From an uncultured Candidatus Babeliaceae bacterium (GTDB taxonomy: Bacteria; Babelota; Babeliae; Babelales; Babelaceae): a stretch of 32,000 nucleotides of DNA. This document shows positions 23,591 to 31,737 of the stretch, piece by piece. The translations under genes were made by a program, and so were the position numbers. The notes beneath the pieces were generated by a model that worked only from the letters and a program-made list of their open reading frames with translations, had not been told where the DNA came from and made no database searches. The stretch is from NCBI GenBank assembly GCA_964470345.1, contig CAYYBE010000006.1, forward strand, positions 65,098 to 97,097. Reading direction: 5' to 3'. The first letter of the stretch is position 1. Every line of letters begins with the position of its first letter.

Positions 23591-24857
23591 GGTACTCTTT
23601 ACCCCTCAAAAGTTTGTGATAACTGATGGCAAAATGGTGCGCATAGTCACGCAAGGCGATTAAAAGTCGGCCCTGCGGGGTTTGTATATCTAAGTGTACC
23701 GGATGTTGAAGGCGGGATGCAAAAAGTATCTCTTCTTTTTTAGCAAGACTTGCCATGGTTGCTTGGGGCAACGCCGCTTGGGCTGCGCTCAGCTGCCCTT
23801 TGCCACCGTCGATAAGAATAAGGTCAGGAATGTCGGCAGGATTTTTATAGCGTCGCTTAACAATTTCTTGGAGAGCAGCATAATCATTTTGTTCGGTAAG
23901 CGTTTTAATCTTAAAGCGCCTAAATTTATTTTTTTCAGGTTTCCCATCGGTAAAGCGGACGCATGAACCAACAAGAGAGGTGCTCTGAAAATGGGAGATG
24001 TCAAAGCAGTCAATCGTATGGATGGGATTAGGTAGATTCAGTAATTCTTGGAGTGTTGCTAAAGCCTGTGCGTGGTCGATTTTTGTAATATCGTTTTTGA
24101 GGGGATCAAGTAAAAGATGAGCAACTTCTTTTGTATATTTTTGTTCAGTAAAATGTGCTTTGAGCGTTGCAAAAATTGATTCAAAATTTTGTGTATATTC
24201 GTGGATATGGCGTGCTTTTTCAAATTCACAGTGCGCATTATACAGTTTAATTTGCTCGTCGATTGTTGTAAAAAAGGCTTTGGCATCACCTTCTAGTGCC
24301 TGTTTTGCGAGCTCTATTCTGCCAAGGTAACCGGCGCTATCAAATGTCTTGGTACAGGTTCCTGCGCATTTGCCGAGATGAAAATCAAGGCATCCGTTAG
24401 CAATCTGCTTATTACAACGATAAAGCTTAAAGGTACGCATCAGATAATCGTAGGCTTTGCGCGCCTGTTGACGATGTATGAAGGGACCAAAATAGATACC
24501 TTTGGCTTTTTTAAACCGTACAATTGAAAGCGTGGGAACTGCTTCTTGGGAAAAGAATAGGTATAAAAAGGGGTCGCCGCTTTTTAAGAGTGTATTGAAT
24601 TTTGGTTGGTGTTGTTTAATGAGCTGTGCTTCAAGTAAGAGAGCATCAGTTTCTGAGTGGGTAACGATATATTCAACCGTTGCATGCTCTGCGATAAGCG
24701 ACTTTACTTTCCAATCATCATGCTGTTTGACAAAATAGCTGGCTACCCGTTTTTTGAGCGACTTTGCTTTGCCGATATAAATAACGGTATTGTTTCCATC
24801 TTTAAAGATATAAATGCCCGGGAGATTGGGCAGGTGCTCAGGTGCTTGTCGTTCCAT
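23547..24857 (-). CDS. uvrC: UvrC excinuclease subunit lacking the C-terminal (HhH)2 domain
   Basis: GIY-YIG ([30 protein letters not shown]), a UVR motif region ([20 protein letters not shown]), and an RNase-H-like endonuclease domain ([10 protein letters not shown] ... [10 protein letters not shown] ... [13 protein letters not shown]). 436 aa against about 600 for the canonical protein. The last 44 nt overlap clpB. Confidence 0.85.
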   Translation of the reverse strand: MERQAPEHLPNLPGIYIFKDGNNTVIYIGKAKSLKKRVASYFVKQHDDWKVKSLIAEHATVEYIVTHSETDALLLEAQLIKQHQPKFNTLLKSGDPFLYLFFSQEAVPTLSIVRFKKAKGIYFGPFIHRQQARKAYDYLMRTFKLYRCNKQIANGCLDFHLGKCAGTCTKTFDSAGYLGRIELAKQALEGDAKAFFTTIDEQIKLYNAHCEFEKARHIHEYTQNFESIFATLKAHFTEQKYTKEVAHLLLDPLKNDITKIDHAQALATLQELLNLPNPIHTIDCFDISHFQSTSLVGSCVRFTDGKPEKNKFRRFKIKTLTEQNDYAALQEIVKRRYKNPADIPDLILIDGGKGQLSAAQAALPQATMASLAKKEEILFASRLQHPVHLDIQTPQGRLLIALRDYAHHFAISYHKLLRGKEYHDARTKDKGSIRNA

Positions 24858-24892
24858 GCGGTTTTTGTCTAGTATTGGGTTGTATCTCGAAC

Positions 24893-25336
24893 TTAAACTG
24901 CAGGGGCAGGTGCGGGAGCGCGTAGTTTTTCTCGAATCTTTTTAATAGCTACATAGGTTCCCCAGACGGTAAGACCTGTCCCTGTTGCCAGGAGAAGAAC
25001 ATGCCATGGGTTACGAAAATTGGCACTCAAGACCCAGTTAAATGGGGGTATTGGTTGATAATTTGCCCAGGAGCGGGACCGCGCAAAGGCATTTTGAGCA
25101 CTTTTAATGCAGGAAGCGCCATATTCTTGTAATTGTGTATTACTCGAATTAATATGCTCTGCCCCTTGTAGCGATCGAATAAGCCCGAGGTCTTTGTACA
25201 GCAATGAAATAAGATTGCGAATAGTGAGTTTGGCGGGCAATAGCTCTACAGAAAGAGCAGAGACCTGCTGCGAACAGCACAGAGCTACCATACTCAATAA
25301 TCCGAGGATGTGGCATCGTATAGTATATTGTTTCAT
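24893..25336 (-). CDS. Hypothetical protein with N-terminal signal peptide and C-terminal TM anchor
   Basis: 147 aa. N-terminal signal LGLLSMVALCCSQQVSA, C-terminal helix WHVLLLATGTGLTVWGTYVAI and a PAPAPA tail. GGAG lies 5 nt upstream of the ATG. No family recognised. Confidence 0.45.
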   Translation of the reverse strand: MKQYTIRCHILGLLSMVALCCSQQVSALSVELLPAKLTIRNLISLLYKDLGLIRSLQGAEHINSSNTQLQEYGASCIKSAQNAFARSRSWANYQPIPPFNWVLSANFRNPWHVLLLATGTGLTVWGTYVAIKKIREKLRAPAPAPAV

Positions 25337-25529
25337 GCGAGCTCCACTTTTTAAACCTAGTCAGATTTACTTTTCTCTACTTATTATCTCTAGTATACCA
25401 GAAATCAAAAACAGGTCCATTATTTCAATTTGTAAATTAACATCAGAAAGAAGTTGATTTACGCACAGGGTAAAATCAGGTATAGTTGATTCGATGTGAG
25501 TTCTTTTTCAGCGTGTTTTGGGGGTTTTT

Positions 25530-26732
25530 ATGTGGTTGAATGCTCGTGCTTTAAAAATTGGTCTTTTTGTTATTCTAGGATATTTTGGTTGGCGGAGTTT
25601 TCGGTATTTTTTTGATACTTCAGCTCCGGTGATCTCGGTTGTCGGCGTTGAGCATGGCGGCCATTATGCTGGCGATGTCTCTTGTACCGTTGTAATGAGT
25701 GATGGGTATAAGGTAAAAGATGTATCATTGTTTTTAGATACTAAGTCATTGGTTTCCCATTTTGCCATCGGCCGTTCCCATGATGAACATGCCTTCACCA
25801 TTCCTTCAAAGACGCTTGCCAATGGTCCGCATCTTTTAAAAATCGAAGTGCGTGATGCATCATACCGTCAAAATACGACAACAGAAGAAGTGCCATTTAT
25901 CGTTGACAATCGCCCCTTACAGGCGGCATTTGTAAAATCAAATACTGACATTAAAGTATTTCAAGGGCAAACATTACACGTGCAATTTCAGGTAAATAAA
26001 CCGCTTAAAAAAGCGGTGGTGAGTGCGCTTTCAAAGACATTTAGCTGTGTTCCAGAGACAGAAAACTCTCTCATTTACGAATGTTATATTCCGATCTCTT
26101 GTGAAGAACAGCCCAACGAGTACCTCCTGTCCATAGAAATTATTGATATGGTCGGTAATTCGATGACGCTCGAAACTAAGTTTCAAGTTGTTCTCTTTCC
26201 TTTTAAACAACAAAATCTTGCACTCACCTCCGAGAAGCTTAAAGAAGAAACAGAAAGTGGTAAGCCGGAAAAAGAATTAGAAGATCTTTTGGCTGCATTA
26301 GTTGAAAAATCACCACATCAAAAATTATGGCATGGTTCATTTTACACTCCGATGGATGCAAAACGAGTTTCAACTGAATTTGGTACCGTTCGTGTGACGC
26401 AACACAAAGGTAAATATGCACATAAGGCGGTTGATCTTATTGGCGCACCTAAGAGCGTGATCTGGACAACGCAAGATGGTGTTGTGATTGTAAAGGATCG
26501 CTTTGTGCACAGCGGTAATACAATTGTTGTTGATCACGGTTGTGGTATTTTCTCACTTTTTTACCATCTTGATACCTATGCAAATATTTCCGTTGGTGAT
26601 CTCATTCGTAAGGGTAGCCCGGTAGGAACGCTTGGAAAAACAGGCTATGCGACTGGATATCATTTACATTGGGAAATGCGTATTAACAATGTCCCGGTTG
26701 ATCCGTTGCAATGGGCAAAGAATGACTTTTAA
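25530..26732 (+). CDS. Membrane-anchored M23 (LytM-type) metallopeptidase
   Basis: I chose ATG 25530; the track start at 25518 is a TTG. N-terminal TM IGLFVILGYFGW, a beta-rich middle region, and a C-terminal HKAVDL (HxxxD) ... GNTIVVDHGCGIFSLFYHL ... GYATGYHLHWEM (HxH), which is diagnostic of M23. Confidence 0.85.
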   Translation: MWLNARALKIGLFVILGYFGWRSFRYFFDTSAPVISVVGVEHGGHYAGDVSCTVVMSDGYKVKDVSLFLDTKSLVSHFAIGRSHDEHAFTIPSKTLANGPHLLKIEVRDASYRQNTTTEEVPFIVDNRPLQAAFVKSNTDIKVFQGQTLHVQFQVNKPLKKAVVSALSKTFSCVPETENSLIYECYIPISCEEQPNEYLLSIEIIDMVGNSMTLETKFQVVLFPFKQQNLALTSEKLKEETESGKPEKELEDLLAALVEKSPHQKLWHGSFYTPMDAKRVSTEFGTVRVTQHKGKYAHKAVDLIGAPKSVIWTTQDGVVIVKDRFVHSGNTIVVDHGCGIFSLFYHLDTYANISVGDLIRKGSPVGTLGKTGYATGYHLHWEMRINNVPVDPLQWAKNDF

Positions 26733-27279
26733 GGAACGAATCTTTATTGCCATGGCGGCACGTCCGTCATGGCTTCGCTTTCTTATCACTTTCTTTTTTC
26801 TTAGTATGTGTGTTTTGTTGTGGTATCTTTTGAGCTACCGCCAGTTGCAAGCGCAGGTTGCCCGCGTAGAACAACGCATACAAGAAGAACAACAGCAGCT
26901 TGCGCAACAAGCAAACGTGGTACATAAACAAACAATTGCTCATGCTGAGAGCAAAACGCGCGAAGAAGCAATGCATAATGCATGGGAGTCGTTTTTTGTA
27001 TGTAAACAGACGACAGCATTCGTTGAAGCGCTTGTTACGTATGCTCAAGAGTATAAATTACAATTAAACTCCTACCGTCTTTCTGAGCCCCAAAAAGAAG
27101 CATGGGGTAAGCGCGTTGAGTTGACTTGTGAACTTTCTGGTGATTTCTTTTCGTTCATATCATTGTTAGAACAGTTTGAGCCGATGACCAATCTGGTCGG
27201 TTTGAGCTGTGAGATGCAGTCAATCCAAGACCAACGCATTCGCAGCACTTGCCGTTTTATGCTCTGTTGTCCTCTCTAA
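26722..27279 (+). CDS. Bitopic coiled-coil protein, PilO/GspM-like by architecture
   Basis: The start is ambiguous. ATG 26722 overlaps the M23 stop by 11 nt; ATG 26752 is the alternative; the track start at 26632 is a TTG inside the M23 CDS. TM WLRFLITFFFLSMCVLLWYLL, a Q/E-rich coiled coil, then KRVELTCELSGDFFSFISLLEQFEPMTNLVGLSCEM, resembling the PilO C-terminal pattern. Confidence 0.35.
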   Translation: MTFKERIFIAMAARPSWLRFLITFFFLSMCVLLWYLLSYRQLQAQVARVEQRIQEEQQQLAQQANVVHKQTIAHAESKTREEAMHNAWESFFVCKQTTAFVEALVTYAQEYKLQLNSYRLSEPQKEAWGKRVELTCELSGDFFSFISLLEQFEPMTNLVGLSCEMQSIQDQRIRSTCRFMLCCPL

Positions 27280-27355
27280 TCTCTTATCTTAGATTCTTGT
27301 TTTTCTCCTGAACAAATCAGTACGCTCATAGTAAGTACGGTATCTTAAGGAGTCT

Positions 27356-27577
27356 ATGAAGCGTTGTGTTGTTGGGGTAGTGCTTGCTCATGTTGCACTG
27401 AGTGGGATGCATAAAATTACCCGTAATCCTTTTGCTCCTGTTCCCCTTGCCGATAATGAATTAATTGCGACAGCCTATATTCACACGACTCATACGAATG
27501 TGAATTTTATGGTACAGGGTAAAAAGATTACAGCTGTTGTGGGCGGAAAAAAACCCCTTCAACTTTATAAAAGCTGA
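27356..27577 (+). CDS. Small secreted protein, possibly a miniature PilP/HR-like protein
   Basis: Strong SD TAAGGAG (27346-27352) before the ATG. Signal-like N-terminus, an RNPFAP motif (compare the R-D/N-P-F motif I associate with PilP N-termini), and a short beta-rich tail ELIATAYIHTTHTNVNFMVQGKKITAVVGG. The functional call is weak. Confidence 0.3.
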   Translation: MKRCVVGVVLAHVALSGMHKITRNPFAPVPLADNELIATAYIHTTHTNVNFMVQGKKITAVVGGKKPLQLYKS

Positions 27578-27724
27578 AGGGTTAGGGGGGTAACAATACA
27601 AAAAATGTATCGTTACTTAGGGACATTAAAAACAGAAACTCTTGCATGACAAGAGATCTAAATCCATTTCGAAGTCCAATGCTATCAGGAGAGTTTACGT
27701 GTGTCAAATTTTAAAAGGAGAAAG

Positions 27725-29812
27725 ATGATGTATAAAAAAATCAGTATGTTCATATACATCTTGAGCATCTGTGTGACAGCTTTCCCATCGGCTACGCAAA
27801 AAGTATCTGCGGAAGAAGAAAAGATAACAATGGCACGTGCTCCACAAGGTCCGGCCCGTTTTTTAGCCATCTTTCTTAATGAATCTGAATTTCGTGGACT
27901 GCAAGAACTTGATATTCCACAAAATGCTACGGTAAGTGCAGAACTATCCAAGGCATTGATGGCAAAAAGTTTTCCAATCTTAGTTTCAGCTTCACTCTTT
28001 ACCGCGGTTGTTACCAAAAGAGAATGGTTTGACAATAGGTGGACCAAGACTCACTCTTTTCTTGACTCAGCTGTCAATGAAGATTTTACCCAGATGTGGC
28101 AAGATTTAACCAAAACGCAAGAACGATCTGTTGATAGTTTTCTGAGTAGCTTACAAGTTCCTTTAAGTCTACGTTTTGGCATAGCCCAAGATTTACGTAA
28201 TCTTTTTTATTATCGAACGCTCTACGATAGTAATTGGCAAGCTTTTGGAGTACAACCTCTTTTTAATTTTGATGAGTGGGAGATTCGTGGTTTAGCCGGT
28301 GATATGGGAGATATCCTTTATTTGCTTGTACCTAAAACCTATCTTCACGCTATTGGCTGTACGCAAAGTACGCGATCATCACGTGGGCTCGTTCCTGAAG
28401 ATCCATCCATAACAGCATGCGAAAAGGCGCTCGGACTTAAAATTGATCATATGGATTGGTTTGATTGGAAGCATATTATGCAGGTTTTTACGGGAAGAAA
28501 ACATCCTGCAACTGACAAAGAACAGGAACAGAGAAACATTATGACAACGTCTGCTTTGTTAGCATATGTTTTTGTTCCAAGAGATGCATATACCGGCAAA
28601 GATACGTTTCCAGGGTGGGTAATCTACGCGACAGGTCATGGGTCGCAAGGGGAGCAGATTATGTCTTTAGGAAAGGCATCATTTGGCCTTTTTCTGGATG
28701 CGCTCGCCGCAACAGATACGAAAGCTCTTTTTATTAATTCATGTTTTGCTGGTGGCGGGAGTGTTCAGACCGCTTTGAGTTTTGCTGCAAATGTTTATAA
28801 AGATAAAGTAGGAGAGCGTGGCGGGAACCCCTATCCTTTTCCTATTATCATTCAATCAATTAACGAGACAGAGACCTATCTTGCTTTTGACGCAATGTAT
28901 TTTAACAATGTGACTGCAGCTGATATTGATTGGGCAACAAAAACATTTAAACCGATCCGTCTCAAAGGGCGCGAATTTGGCCAGGTCGCTGCCGAACTAC
29001 AAAAAAGAGGGCCGTTAAATTTTGAGGTATTACAAAAACTTCTTTTTCCTCCTTCAGGTATTAAAAAAATAGCAGATATTGCGCAGATTATTGAACCGGG
29101 TGAGGCTCCTAAACTTTTACGAAAAGGTACTTTTAATATCTCAGAAGAATTTGCGTTGGGCAGACGCGCCAAATTGATTTTGCCTGAACCATCAAGTGCT
29201 GTTCCGCTTACAACGCTTGCTCTTAACACCGATGTCTTTTTTGATATTGAGATTAATACCCCCGATCCAATCGACATTTTTACGGTAGGAGGTTTTACCT
29301 ACGTCTTTCTTCAAAAAGTTGCAACGACAAAAAATTGGGGCATAGCAGGAATTTTGCAATCGTTTGTAAAAGGCGTTCTGGAGGATAAGCAAACATCTCG
29401 TGTTATTTCGATTGATGAGGTAGAAGGGCCGGGAAAGAAGATTTGTACGAATGTAATTATAGCTCTTAACTTTTCTCTTGAAATGGGCGAAAAACAGGCT
29501 AATACTTGTATAATTCTCTTAACATGTAATGGAAAGCTTCAAGTGGTCCAAGATTGCAGTGCAAAGCAGTTTACGTTCAGAGACGCAACTCAAGAAGAAA
29601 AAGGACTTTATTATAAAATGAATTTTCAATTGCCTTATTTGAAAGAAGCAGCACAACAAGGTCAGCAAAAACGTATAGAAAAACGAGAGCAAGAGAAAAA
29701 AGAGCTTGAAAAAGCATTGAAAGAAGGAGAAGCGCAAAGAGCTGATAAAATAGCCAAAGCGCTTTCAACTCTTGATGCTCAATTAAAAGCCCTCACGCAA
29801 GCGCTTTCATAA
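27725..29812 (+). CDS. Large secreted protein with a putative clan-CD-like cysteine peptidase core and a C-terminal K/E coiled coil
   Basis: ATG 27725 preceded by AAAAGGAG (27713-27720); the track start at 27701 is a GTG. Signal peptide ISMFIYILSICVTAFPSATQKVSA. WVIYATGHG (His codon 28637-28639) and ALFINSCFAGGG (Cys codon 28742-28744) lie 35 residues apart, each after a hydrophobic strand. The CDS itself is well supported; the peptidase call is tentative. Confidence 0.5.
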   Translation: MMYKKISMFIYILSICVTAFPSATQKVSAEEEKITMARAPQGPARFLAIFLNESEFRGLQELDIPQNATVSAELSKALMAKSFPILVSASLFTAVVTKREWFDNRWTKTHSFLDSAVNEDFTQMWQDLTKTQERSVDSFLSSLQVPLSLRFGIAQDLRNLFYYRTLYDSNWQAFGVQPLFNFDEWEIRGLAGDMGDILYLLVPKTYLHAIGCTQSTRSSRGLVPEDPSITACEKALGLKIDHMDWFDWKHIMQVFTGRKHPATDKEQEQRNIMTTSALLAYVFVPRDAYTGKDTFPGWVIYATGHGSQGEQIMSLGKASFGLFLDALAATDTKALFINSCFAGGGSVQTALSFAANVYKDKVGERGGNPYPFPIIIQSINETETYLAFDAMYFNNVTAADIDWATKTFKPIRLKGREFGQVAAELQKRGPLNFEVLQKLLFPPSGIKKIADIAQIIEPGEAPKLLRKGTFNISEEFALGRRAKLILPEPSSAVPLTTLALNTDVFFDIEINTPDPIDIFTVGGFTYVFLQKVATTKNWGIAGILQSFVKGVLEDKQTSRVISIDEVEGPGKKICTNVIIALNFSLEMGEKQANTCIILLTCNGKLQVVQDCSAKQFTFRDATQEEKGLYYKMNFQLPYLKEAAQQGQQKRIEKREQEKKELEKALKEGEAQRADKIAKALSTLDAQLKALTQALS

Positions 29813-29833
29813 GACATAAAACTTGTCTTTTTT
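29811..29833 (+). terminator. Weak AT-rich hairpin followed by a T-run after the large secreted protein gene
   Basis: AAGACA (29811-29816) pairs with TGTCTT (29824-29829) across a 7-nt loop and runs into TTTTTT. Only 6 bp and low stability. Confidence 0.35.
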
Positions 29834-29895
29834 ATCGTCGTCTGACTATATTCGAGTGGATGGCTTGGATGTTACTCTTGGTTATGGAGGAATAG

Positions 29896-30084
29896 ATGAA
29901 AAAAATTCTTGATATAGTTGCCTTAGTGCTTATCATTATTGGCGGGATTAATTGGGGACTTTTTGGTTTAATTAACGTAGATTTGGTTGCCTGGTTGCTG
30001 GGACCAGCGAGTTTAATTGCTCGTGCCATCTATGTTCTGATTGGCCTTGCAGCGCTCTACGCTATTTCATTTCTCAAAGAATAG
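29896..30084 (+). CDS. DUF378-family small membrane protein
   Basis: 62 aa with two TM helices. IIIGGINWGLFGLINVDLVAWL matches the GxxNWGLxG signature I associate with DUF378. GGAGG lies upstream of the ATG. Confidence 0.75.
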   Translation: MKKILDIVALVLIIIGGINWGLFGLINVDLVAWLLGPASLIARAIYVLIGLAALYAISFLKE

Positions 30085-30088
30085 TATT

Positions 30089-30134
30089 AAAAAAGTGAGC
30101 ACGTATTGTTTTAAAATACGTGCTCACTTTTTTT
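30089..30134. terminator. Bidirectional rho-independent terminator
   Basis: Perfect 13-bp stem GTGAGCACGTATT (30095-30107) / AATACGTGCTCAC (30115-30127) with a 7-nt loop. It is flanked by an A-run (30089-30094) and a T-run (30128-30134) and sits between convergent stops at 30084 (+) and 30154 (-). Confidence 0.85.
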
Positions 30135-30153
30135 AAGTTCTTAGTTTTATTGT

Positions 30154-30918
30154 TTACGCGATATCCCATTTTTTCTTAATGGTGTCCAGCGTCCCATCTC
30201 TTTCCATAGCTACAAGAGCATCATTCACTTCTTTAAGAAGATTAGATCGTTCTTTCGCTATGCCAAGTGCAATGTTTTCATTAATTTCTTTGATCACAAA
30301 TGTTGAGAACTTATCTGGTCCATACTGTTCCAAGATAGGTTTGAGTGTTGCAGCAGCAGTTACTAAAACTCGCCCTTGTCCATCTGCAAGCATAGTGACA
30401 GCATCGGTGAGCGTGCCAGCGTGCTTTAGGGTAACGCCGGGGATGTTAGCGAGAAACTGTTCTGCCGTATAGCCAGGAATAATAATGACCTGTTTCCCTG
30501 AAAGCTCTTCAGTACTGACGAGCGGGGTTGTGCTTTTGGGGGTAAGTGCTACTAATGGATCACTTGTCAGGTAGGGAGTACTAAAGTTAATAAGCTTTGC
30601 CCGTTCGTCGGTGATGGTTATGCCAGCGGCGATGATATGTATTTCCCCTGCCTGTAACTGGGGAATAAGCGTTTCGAACGGCAAATCTTTAATCTCAATC
30701 TCTTTGTTGAGGCGATTGGCAATTTCTTGCATGATATCAATGTCATACCCAACAATCTTACCTTCTTTAATAAAAGAAAGTGGTTGATAATCAGCTGTTG
30801 TTCCAATGATTAACGTATCAGGAATAGCAAGAGCCTCTGATTGTTGACTATGACGTACCCAAACGAGTGCAAGAACACCCAGCGCAACAGCAAGCGCGAT
30901 CCAAATTGCTTTTTTCAT
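30154..30918 (-). CDS. Family-3 (PBPb-type) polar amino acid substrate-binding protein, membrane or signal anchored
   Basis: N-terminal AIWIALAVALGVLALVWV. LIIGTTADYQPLSF, GYDIDIMQEIANRL, AAGITITDERAKLINFSTPY and a C-terminal DGTLDTIKKKW are typical of SBP_bac_3 proteins. No ABC permease or ATPase is adjacent. Confidence 0.8.
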   Translation of the reverse strand: MKKAIWIALAVALGVLALVWVRHSQQSEALAIPDTLIIGTTADYQPLSFIKEGKIVGYDIDIMQEIANRLNKEIEIKDLPFETLIPQLQAGEIHIIAAGITITDERAKLINFSTPYLTSDPLVALTPKSTTPLVSTEELSGKQVIIIPGYTAEQFLANIPGVTLKHAGTLTDAVTMLADGQGRVLVTAAATLKPILEQYGPDKFSTFVIKEINENIALGIAKERSNLLKEVNDALVAMERDGTLDTIKKKWDIA

Positions 30919-30939
30919 ATGATCCTTTCTCTTGCACTA

Positions 30940-31719
30940 TTAACAGTTAGTGCATGCATGTGCAGGAGCACTAATTCGTTTTGATGCAATCATAATTGCG
31001 CCAATATTAAAATACGGAGCGCGGTAACTTGGGCTGTATTGAACCGATTGAGCCAATGTCGCGAGCGCTTTTTCAATCTCATTATTTATAAATAATGCAC
31101 AACCTAAACTGTTTAACGTAACGTGATTATGTGGGTTGATTGCTAATGTTTTTTCAAACCACGTAATCGCTTCTGCTAGTTTGTTTTGCTCGTAGGCTAA
31201 TGCACCTAAGTTATGCAATGCAAAATCAAAATCTTTACGAATTTCGATTGCCTTTTCAAATGCCTGCTGTGCTTCAGCCAATTTGTTTTGATTAATAAGA
31301 GCAATGCCCAAATTGTTGAAAGCGGATTCATGTTGTGGGTCGATTGCAATGACTTGTTCAAAACGTGCTTGAGCTTGGTCAAAAAAGCGGCTATTCAGCA
31401 ACAATGTTCCGAGGTTATAAAATGCTCCTGTGCAGACTTTATCAAGTTCTAATGCTTTATTGAGCAGCTTGATGCCTTCATCAAATTCGCCTTTGGTACA
31501 TAAGAGTGTGCCTAAATTGCTTAACAAATGAGCCGAAGAAGGCGCAGCTTGAACTGCTTTGCGATATGCTCCTTCAATAGCTTCATTATGCCCTTGTTGA
31601 AACGCTTGATTTGCTTGTTTAAGCGCTTCGCTTGCTGAAGTATTAAGATTGGGAATTTCTGTATAAAAAATAAAAGGTGTTGGTAAAACCGTTGTCATTA
31701 ATTGATTTTTGATTTCCAT
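30940..31719 (-). CDS. TPR-repeat protein
   Basis: About six consecutive 34-residue repeats fit the TPR pattern (e.g. AFYNLGTLLLNSRFFDQAQARFEQVIAIDPQHES, AFNNLGIALINQNKLAEAQQAFEKAIEIRKDFDF). AAGGGA lies upstream of the ATG. Confidence 0.85.
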   Translation of the reverse strand: MEIKNQLMTTVLPTPFIFYTEIPNLNTSASEALKQANQAFQQGHNEAIEGAYRKAVQAAPSSAHLLSNLGTLLCTKGEFDEGIKLLNKALELDKVCTGAFYNLGTLLLNSRFFDQAQARFEQVIAIDPQHESAFNNLGIALINQNKLAEAQQAFEKAIEIRKDFDFALHNLGALAYEQNKLAEAITWFEKTLAINPHNHVTLNSLGCALFINNEIEKALATLAQSVQYSPSYRAPYFNIGAIMIASKRISAPAHACTNC

Positions 31720-31737
31720 AATGTCCCTTATTTTTGT

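Noticed and set aside
26632-26721. Track start (TTG 26632) for the PilO-like ORF, giving a 215-aa protein that overlaps the M23 peptidase gene by 101 nt.
   Set aside because: The extra 30 residues lie entirely inside the well-supported M23 catalytic-domain coding sequence in another frame. ATG 26722 or 26752 places the start just before the TM helix.
27555-27581. Hairpin CCCTTCA / TGAAGGG with a 13-nt loop at the end of the 27356-27577 ORF. Read on the - strand it is followed by a T-run and looks like a terminator.
   Set aside because: On the + strand no T-run follows. On the - strand there is no gene upstream whose transcript it would terminate. It also overlaps the coding 3' end, so I did not report it as a feature.
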